NCBI GenBank assembly: GCA_964019335.1
Contig: OZ025776.1
Span: 1-21,000 of the forward strand
DNA length: 21,000 nucleotides
Reading direction: 5' to 3'
DNA from: Diplonema japonicum
Taxonomy: Eukaryota; Protista; Euglenozoa: Diplonemea
The notes under the pieces are model-generated. The model searched no databases. It had not been told where the DNA came from and saw only the letters and a program-made list of their open reading frames with translations. Within the stretch, counting starts at the first letter, position 1, and every line of letters begins with the position of its first letter. The position numbers and the translations under genes are program-made. Shown piece by piece: positions 1-7,647 of this stretch.

Positions 1-16
1 CCTAACAGTTATCCTT

Positions 17-34
17 ACGCGCGCGCGCGCGCGT
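17..34. repeat. A(CG)8T perfect 18-bp palindrome; also at 4526-4543, 5294-5311, 10287-10304, 11054-11071, 16155-16172, 16916-16933
   Basis: Read directly: tccttA(CG)8Tgggggatatagcg in all seven copies, in otherwise CpG-poor sequence. Confidence 0.95.
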
Positions 35-47
35 GGGGGATATAGCG

Positions 48-306
48 AGGTAATTTGCATAATTCTTACGTAGTGTCCCACAAGGGTTTCAGGAATTGGA
101 GGGCTACAGGGACGTAGATATTCTCTGGGACGTAGCGGGTTAATTTGCAGAAATCACCCGTAGGAGCCCAGAGAGGTGTCCCAATATTGGAGGGCTACAG
201 GGACGTAAACCATTCCAGGGCTCCTACGGGGTAATTCTACGAATTCACCCGATACAGCCCTGAAGGGGTTCAGGAATCGGAGGGCTACAGGGACGTAAAC
301 CCCTAG
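48..306 (+). repeat. Three degenerate ~90-bp direct repeats with invariant core ggagggctacagggacgta (98-116, 189-207, 279-297); repeated at the start of each unit
   Basis: Core motif spaced 91 and 90 bp; each repeat begins with a (g)taatt block. A single hybrid copy follows the second (CG)8 at ~4544-4635. Confidence 0.88.
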
Positions 307-359
307 CATGCCCCCTTATCCAGCCCTTCTGGGACCCCTCAATATACCCTCCTATTACC

Positions 360-952
360 ACCTATAATACTATCATTACATACTATGTAAGTACTGTGTA
401 TGTATCATATATCTATCCCATGTATACGGGGGATATATGTACATGCATAATACTAGTATTACATAATGATGTACTAACTGTATTAATGGTATCATAACCC
501 TACTCATCCCCTCATGACATCATCCTGGGGATGGGGACCCCTTCTCTAGATCCCAGGATCCCAGGGGTGGAGACCCAACCTCTAGATCCCAGGATCCCTA
601 GCTTGGACCACCATCTCTAGACACCACCACATCCTGAGAGTGTCTGTAGAGATACCTATAATACTATCATTACATACTATGTAAGTACTGTGTATGTATC
701 ATATATCTATCCCATACATACGGGGGATATATGTACATGCATAATACTAGTATTACATAATGATGTACTAACTGTATTAATGGTATCATAGCTCTACTCA
801 TCCCCTCATGACATCATCCTGGGGATGGGGACCCCTTCTCTAGATCCCAGGATCCCAGGGGGTGGAGACCCAACCTCTAGAGATCCCAGGATCCCTAGCT
901 TGGACCACCATCTCTAGACACCACCACATCCTGAGAGTGTCTGTAGAGATAC
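360..952 (+). repeat. Tandem duplication of a ~295-bp palindrome-rich block (360-653, 654-952); also 5637-6226, 11397-11988, 17259-17845
   Basis: acctataatactatcattacatactatgtaag...gtctgtagagat occurs twice per unit. It includes the palindrome taatactagtatta, the hairpin ttacata-c-tatgtaa and repeated gatcccaggatccc. Confidence 0.92.
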
Positions 953-1620
953 CAGCATACTACTTATCATGTAAGTACTCTGTGTAGTAGTACATACAGT
1001 ATATGATATACATGTACTAGCACTAACACAGTGTGTATGCCTACTTATCATAGTAGTAGTATTATCATATCATGGCATGATGGTACATCCTAAGGATGCC
1101 AGCATATCCAGAGAGTGGGGAGAACACACCATCTCTCTAGCCATGACATCATGGAGCATACCACTAACGGTACCATTACCATAGATCATGTCATGCATGG
1201 ATCATGGGATGTACAGAGTAGAGGTATTATCTACTAGAAGAGCAGCTGTGCTCTCTAGCCATACCATCTACAGAGTATGCTGGCAGTATACTCTAGTAAC
1301 CATGTACCTCATATCCTAGTCATGAGGATGGTGGCGGTATACTCTACCAACCATGTACCTCATACTGTAGCTACTCCATTATCCCTAGAGAAGGGAATGG
1401 TGGTGGTGTACATCCTAGGCAACAATGCCTGTGGGAATACCACCAGTACTACAGAGAGTATCTCATACCATATCCTAGTCATGAGGATGATGGTGTGCTC
1501 TCTCTAGGGAAGTACATCCGTAGTACTATCAATAGGATATCCTGTAGTAAGTACAATGGTAAGTACTCATACCATTCCTAGCTAACACAGGAGTATGAGC
1601 ATGGGCACATGCACAGCTAA

Positions 1621-1698
1621 CTACACCAGTAGAGTAGACAGCATGGATACTGTAAGCAGCAGGTATCAGTATCCTCTAGCTCTACAGATGGTGAGTAC
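1621..1698 (-). CDS. Short unique cassette; probable 3'-terminal gene module, tentatively nad1-like
   Basis: Unique sequence at ~1592-1698 between spacer motifs. The minus frame (UGA=W) reads LTICRARGYWYLLLTVSMLSTLLV-stop, a hydrophobic C-terminal helix. A plus frame is also open, so strand and identity are uncertain. Confidence 0.35.
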
Positions 1699-1822
1699 AT
1701 CCTGTCATACTATCAGTAAGTACAGTGGTAAGTACTCATGCCAATGCATGTAGTGCTACCAGTAGTACAGAGAGCACAGGCATGTATATCCTGGGAGTAC
1801 AGACACTGTCTAGCTAACACAG

Positions 1823-1957
1823 TACATCTACACCAATGCAGGGCACCACTGTCATTAGGTTAGTGATGACTGTCAGTGCTCAGTAAGACATGAGCCCTCA
1901 TGGTAGCACATATCCCATGAAGGCAATGCCCATCATGAGTAGCCATGTCAGCACCAG
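1823..1957 (-). CDS. cob: Apocytochrome b gene module (helix C / cd1, Qo site)
   Basis: With UGA=Trp it reads [44 protein letters not shown], matching the cytochrome b signature [23 protein letters not shown]..IPYIG. Missed by the ORF track because of two UGA codons. Confidence 0.97.
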
Positions 1958-2054
1958 CACTGCTACCGTATCTACTGTAGTAAGTACAATGGTAAGTACT
2001 CATGCCAATGCATGTAGTGCTACCAATACTATCAGTAGTATATCCATAGTACTA

Positions 2055-2375
2055 GCTGTAGTATCATACTCATGCTCTGCTGTAGACACATCAATACAGA
2101 TGTAAGTACTCACAGCACTGTACTACCAGGAAGACCAATGCCAGTAGTACTATCAGTAGTAGCTGTAGTGCTGCAGCCACGGGTGTGTGCATGGTGTGGC
2201 TATGCACAGCTGCTATGGAGACACAGCCACTGAAGAGCAGCAGGTCTGTGTTGAGCAGGGTGAGAGTGTTCTGATACACCAGAGCTACTCACTCTACACC
2301 ACCATCACTAACAGAGTATCCTAAGCTATGCAGAGAGCCACTGCTCTTGTGCAATGCATATGCTACGTACTCATA
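2055..2375 (-). CDS. cox3: Cytochrome c oxidase subunit 3 internal gene module
   Basis: Open with UGA=Trp across the cassette: YVAYALH...TLTLLNTDLLLFSGCVSIAAVH...LALVFLVVQCCEYLHLYW, matching Cox3 LLNTxxLLxSG and FxxxQxxEY motifs. Confidence 0.88.
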
Positions 2376-2400
2376 CTATCTCTAGTAGTACAGGAGAATG

Positions 2401-2465
2401 CATGTAGTACTATCAGTACTGTCAGTAGTATATCCTAGCTAAGCAGAGAAGGAGATGCTCCTGCT
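2401..2465 (+). repeat. Representative inter-cassette spacer built from recurring motifs
   Basis: The motifs gtaagtacaatggtaagtactcat(g/a)cca, ttcctagcta(a/g)cacagg, aatgcatgtagt(g/a)cta, tatcagtagta(c/t)atcc and gcagagaagga..ctcctgct recur between cassettes in all four arrays, always in + orientation. Confidence 0.88.
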
Positions 2466-2467
2466 TA

Positions 2468-2689
2468 TGCCACAGCTAAGACAGACACTGCATCCTTGTA
2501 GTAGTACATGAGGAAGGCATCAGCATCTACAGCTGTGCCTGGTGATGTGCTAGCACTGCTTGATCCCATGTAATGAAGGCATAGCAGATGAGCCATCACT
2601 GCTGCTAGCACTACGAAGGGCAGAAGGAAGTGCACTGTGAACATCCTCTGCACTGTGATGGTGGTAATGAAGTAGCCTCCTCAGCAATG
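2468..2689 (-). CDS. cob: Apocytochrome b gene module (helix D heme ligands, Qi site)
   Basis: Reads HCWGGYFITTITVQRMFTVHFLLPFVVLAAVMAHLLCLHYMGS...YYYKDAV, with WGG, HFxLPF, HLxxLH and YYxKD motifs. W in WGG is encoded by UGA. Confidence 0.97.
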
Positions 2690-3059
2690 CTAGGTCATGT
2701 ACACCATGAAAGCATGTAGTACTGTCAGTAGTATATCCAGTAGTAAGTACAATGGTAAGTACTCATGCCATTCCTAGCTAGCACAGGTAATGCATGTAGT
2801 ACTATCAGTAGTACAGAGAGTACAGGCATGTCATATCCTGGGAGTACACACACCAATGCATCCCAAGGATGTGGTGTGCTCTCTAGCCATACCATCTCAT
2901 GAGGATGGTGGCGGTATACTCTACCAACCATGTACCTCATAATGAGGAGAACATGCTGGTAAGGATACTAACTAAGCATGAATACCTCTAAGCAGTACTA
3001 TCCTAAGTATGGGCAGACACACAGAGGATGTATCCCCAATACAGATAGTATGATATCAG

Positions 3060-3840
3060 TAGTACATACCATGGCATAGTACAGAAGGAGATGCCATGTT
3101 AGCTGTGCAGTAGATATCTAGTGGCACCATTCCCTGAGAACACAGGAGTATGGAACCAGTGGAATACCAGGAGTACTAACACAGGTAATGCCACCAATAC
3201 ACTGAGTGTGTGGCATAGAGCATATCCTACCACCAGTACACACACAGTATGCATGAGCATATATCCTGTGTAGTGCTACATGTGCAATGGATGCATGTAG
3301 TACTGTCATAGGTATCATGGCTAGTACATAGTATGACATCAGTAGCACAGGTATCCTGAGAGTGGAGGAACCTGTGGAATACTAGAAGTACTAACTCAGA
3401 GAATACCAGGAGTATGGAACTACACCATCTCTAGCTAACACAGGTAATACCACCAGTAGCTGTGGTGGTGCCATGTACTGTATATGATATCATGCACACC
3501 AACCAATACATACTGTATGTACATAGGGAATACATAGTATGTAGTGCATAGAGCACAGGGGGATACATACTGTGCTAACTATGATATCTAGTGCTGTCAG
3601 TAGTACAGAGGTGTGCAGAGAGGGAATACCAGAAGTAGTGGAATCATGAGAACTAATAAACCGCTAATCTGGAGAAGTACGAAGGATAGGAACAGGGGCA
3701 TATCTAGTAGCACAGGCAATGGCACCAATGCACAGGATGCAGTGCTATGTACTGTATATGATATCATGCACACCAATACATACTGTATGTACATAGGGAA
3801 TACATAGTATGTAGTGCATAGAGCACAATGGAGGCATGTA
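3060..3840. repeat. Variable-length mosaic of repeated blocks in the constant region; also ~8030-9600, ~13905-15470, ~19895->21000
   Basis: Blocks such as atgtactgtatatgatatcatgcacaccaatacatactgtatgtacataggga and cacaggtatcctgagagtggaggaacctgtgg recur in different number and order per unit. Internal periods are 770 bp (13971/14741) and 783 bp (19962/20745). Confidence 0.9.
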
Positions 3841-3979
3841 GTACTACCATAGATAATAGGGTGTCTAGAGGATAGGTCATATGGGGTGATTATGGGCATA
3901 CCCAAATACCACTTTATTGGTAGGTACCTCATTCTATTCGAAGACTCAAGGGAATGGTCCCAGACCAATTCTGAGAAAT

Positions 3980-4046
3980 GATATCCCCTTTTTGGGAAAA
4001 GGCCCGGTGAGCCTCGGACCTCATTTCAGGCCTAAAAGGGGGTATC
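3980..4046. promoter_or_regulatory. Nested inverted repeat (stem-loop) in a compositionally distinct segment; also 9741-9807 and 15609-15674; function unknown
   Basis: gatatcccctttt ... aaaagggggtatc outer arms with inner aggcc/ggcct and tgag/ctca. The 4-5-nt A/T tracts of the constant region are concentrated here. Confidence 0.45.
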
Positions 4047-6937
4047 TAGGTGTATAGGGTATATCTAGTAATATGTAGGTAGTACATTATCCCTTGTATA
4101 CTGTAGTATTAGGGACATGTAGTGCTACCATTAGTACAGACAGTGTAACACAGTGAATATGTTGTTGCACCAGTATTCACACAGTGTATCTAAGTAAGTA
4201 ACTATGGAAGTACATGTTAATAGTAAGTACATCATCCCATAAGGGTGTGGCTATACATCTGGGGATACCTGTGGGGAGCATATACAGGTGGTAGTACAGA
4301 CACACTGTTTAGCTAAGTACCATAACACAGGAACATAGACAGTGTGAAGTACGTAATACCACAGTATGCATGGGATAACAGTAAGTACAGTAACTACACA
4401 TTATCAGAGAACAGCAGAGAGTGTGTAACCCCTGATAACGGGTGTGCTGTACAGAGGTATCCTTAGAAAGGGTGCTTTAACCTGGGGATTAGGGTGTAGA
4501 GACCTGTATATGGACTCATGTCCTTACGCGCGCGCGCGCGCGTGGGGGATATAGCGAGGTAATTCTACGAATTCATCCGTAGTGTCCCACAAGGGTTTCA
4601 GGAATTGCATAGCTACAGGGACGTAAACCCCTAGATTGGGACCCCCTCGGAACCCTTAGATCCTGGGATTAGGGATGCTAGGACCTGTTAGCAGAGGTAC
4701 GGAGGCCTGTGGGGAGTATATCCAGAGGTACTGATATCCATAACATACAAGAGGAAGCACACTGTTTAGCTAAGTACAGTAACACACTACACACTAACAC
4801 AGAGAGTAACACAGACAGTGTGTAGTAATACATGTAGTAGCACAAGCAGTGCTCCAGAAGGGTGTAGCTATACATCTGGGGATAACACCAACTAACAGGA
4901 ACACCAGCAGAAGGGTGTGTTCTCTGGGGGTAGCACAAGTAGGGTGTCTGGTGGTGGTATCTCATAACAGGGGATTCCATAGCAGGGCACGTCTGGGGGC
5001 CTGTAGTAAGTACCTGTTAGCAGGGACACACACTGTTACCAGGGACACACACTGTTAGCAGAGAGTATGTAACCACTGGTATGGGGTAGTACATTATCCC
5101 TTGTATACTGTGGTATTAGCCCCTACACACTGTCTACTAACTAACCCCTTGTCTACACACTGTCTACTAACCCCTATGTATTAGACCCTTATCCTAACCC
5201 CCCCTCTCTGTACCCCCCTTATATTGGGGGTCCTATACCCTACCCCTTTGGGGACACCTTGGGGGGCACCTTACTATCCTAACAGTTATCCTTACGCGCG
5301 CGCGCGCGCGTGGGGGATATAGCGAGGTAATTTGCATAATTCTTACGTAGTGTCCCACAAGGGTTTCAGGAATTGGAGGGCTACAGGGACGTAGATATTC
5401 TCTGGGACGTAGCGGGTTAATTTGCAGAAATCACCCGTAGGAGCCCAGAGAGGTGTCCCAATATTGGAGGGCTACAGGGACGTAAACCATTCCAGGGCTC
5501 CTACGGGGTAATTCTACGAATTCACCCGATACAGCCCTGAAGGGGTTCAGGAATCGGAGGGCTACAGGGACGTAAACCCCTAGCATGCCCCCTTATCCAG
5601 CCCTTCTGGGACCCCTCAATATACCCTCCTATTACCACCTATAATACTATCATTACATACTATGTAAGTACTGTGTATGTATCATATATCTATCCCATGT
5701 ATACGGGGGATATATGTACATGCATAATACTAGTATTACATAATGATGTACTAACTGTATTAATGGTATCATAGCCCTACTCATCCCCTCATGACATCAT
5801 CCTGGGGATGGGGACCCCTTCTCTAGATCCCAGGATCCCAGGGGTGGAGACCCAACCTCTAGATCCCAGGATCCCTAGCTTGGATACCATCTCTAGACAC
5901 CACTACATCCTGAGAGTGTCTGTAGAGATAACTATAATACTATCATTACATACTATGTAAGTACTGTGTATGTATCATATACCTATCCCATGCATACGGG
6001 GGATATATGTACATGCATAATACTAGTATTACATAATGATGTACTAACTGTATTAATGGTATCATAGCCCTACTCATCCCTCATGACATCATCCTGGGGA
6101 TGGGGACCCCTTCTCTAGATCCCAGGATCCCAGGGGTGGAGACCCAACCTCTAGATCCCAGGATCCCTAGCTTGGACCACCATCTCTAGACACCACCACA
6201 TCCTGAGAGAGTGTCTGTAGAGATACCAGCATACTACTTATCATGTAAGTACTCTGTGTAGTAGTACATACAGTATATGATATACATGTACTAGCACTAA
6301 CACAGTGTGTATGCCTACTTATCATAGTAGTAGTATTATCATATCATGGCATGATGGTACATCCTAAGGATGCCAGCATATCCAGAGAGTGGGGAGAACA
6401 CACCATCTCTCTAGCCATGACATCATGGAGCATACCACTAACGGTATCATTACCATAGATCATGTCATGCATGGATCATGGGATGTACAGAGTAGAGGTA
6501 TTATCTACTAGAAGAGCAGCTGTGCTCTCTAGCCATACCATCTACAGAGTATGCTGGCAGTATACTCTAGTAACCATGTACCTCATATCCTAGTCATGAG
6601 GATGGTGGCGGTATACTCTAGTAACCATGTACCTCATACTGTAGCTACTCCATTATCCCTAGAGAAGGGAATGGTGGTGGTGTACATCCTAGGCAACAAT
6701 GCCTGTGGGAATACCACCAGTACTACAGAGAGTATATCCAGTAGAGCAGAGAAGGAGATGCTCCTGCTCATGCCAATGCATGTAGTGCTACTAGTACTAT
6801 CAGTAGTATATCCTGTAGTAAGTACAATGGTAAGTACTCATGCCAATGCATGTAGTGCTATCAGTACTATCAGTAGTATATCCTAGTACTATAGATGATG
6901 TCATACTCATGTAGTGCTCTATCATCATACTCAGGGA

Positions 6938-7165
6938 ATGGTAGCTCTAGCATTAGGTGTAGCTATGATGAGCATAGCTTATGCCCTAGCCAAGAGCACA
7001 GCATCCCTACAGATGCTAGTACATGATGTAAGCAGCTATGATGCAGGGATACCATCTAGCCATCATGCTGGTGGATCACTAGACAGTGGTGCCTTCGTCC
7101 TTCTGTGATACCTGGTGCTCTACGAGATACTGCTCCTGTGAACAGCACCAGCACAGTCACCGTAG
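6938..7165 (+). CDS. nad3: Divergent NADH dehydrogenase subunit 3, probably the 5' module
   Basis: Reads MVALALGVAMMSIAYALA...VSSYDAGIPSS...AFVLLWYLVLYEILLLW (two UGA=W), which follows the ND3 layout TM1 - SxYECG loop - FLxFDLEIxLLxPW. The third TM helix is absent. Confidence 0.68.
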
Positions 7166-7449
7166 TAGTGCTATCAGTACTATCAGTAGTACATCCTAGC
7201 TAAGCAGAGAAGGAGATGCTCCTGCTCATGCTGTGGCTGCATCAGTACTGTCATACTATCAGTAAGTACAGTAGTAAGTACTCATACCATTCCTAGCTAG
7301 CACAGGTAATGCATGTAGTACTATCAGTAGCTACTCCATTATCCCTGTTCTAGGGATGGAGTGGTGGTGTACATCCTAGGCAACAATGCCTGTGGGAATA
7401 CCACCAGTACTGTCAGTAGGATATCCTAGTTAAGCAGAGAAGGAAGTAC

Positions 7450-7647
7450 TGCACTCATGTACATGGAAGCACTAGCTCCTGTGAGTATGTACATCAGTAT
7501 CATAGCTAACATGTACATGGCATAAGCACTTCTGCTGCTCACACTGTGCTGGTGCATGTACCCATAGATAAGCAGGAGCATGACCTCAAAGAGAGCGTAG
7601 AAGACTACGAGGTCATCAAGCACTACTAATAGAGCATAGCAGAGGGA
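7450..7647 (-). CDS. nad4: NADH dehydrogenase subunit 4 internal gene module (TM4-TM6)
   Basis: Reads LCYALLVVLDDLVVFYALFEVMLLLIYGYM...SSRSAYAMYMLAMILMYILTG, matching ND4 DLxxFYxxFE...R..A...Y..G with the conserved TM5 Glu. Confidence 0.88.

Larger units (their letters stand above)
1..5277. repeat. Chromosome-like unit 1 (constant region plus 4-cassette array at ~1500-2870)
   Basis: The start sequence cctaacagttatccttacgcgcg recurs at 5278, 11038 and 16900. Sequence outside the cassette array and the block mosaic is near-identical between units. Confidence 0.93.

Noticed and set aside
1277-1507. ORF-track frames in the left constant region (also 6551, 12314, 18170)
   Set aside because: Built from short repeats, change frame or length between units, and show no protein motif.
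1890-2105. Plus-strand ORFs at 1890, 13410 and 19343, and off-frame ORFs at 12609 and 18495
   Set aside because: They are antisense or out-of-frame shadows of better-supported modules read with UGA=Trp.
1500-2870. CRISPR array or integron interpretation of the repeat/unique alternation
   Set aside because: Repeats are variable mosaics, the unique segments are 100-330 bp mitochondrial gene pieces, and no cas or integrase gene is present.
3118-5058. Repeated 64-227 aa ORFs in the mosaic and right constant region (3118, 3597, 3613, 4678, 4849 and their copies, 14850, 20071)
   Set aside because: Cys/Tyr/Thr/Val-rich translations reflect the low-complexity nucleotide vocabulary. Recurrence is due to DNA repetition, and indels between units break several of them.
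1-5277. Kinetoplastid minicircle with guide RNA cassettes
   Set aside because: No exact GGGGTTGGTGTA was seen, no phased A-tract bend or inverted-repeat gRNA cassettes, and the cassettes translate directly into protein fragments.
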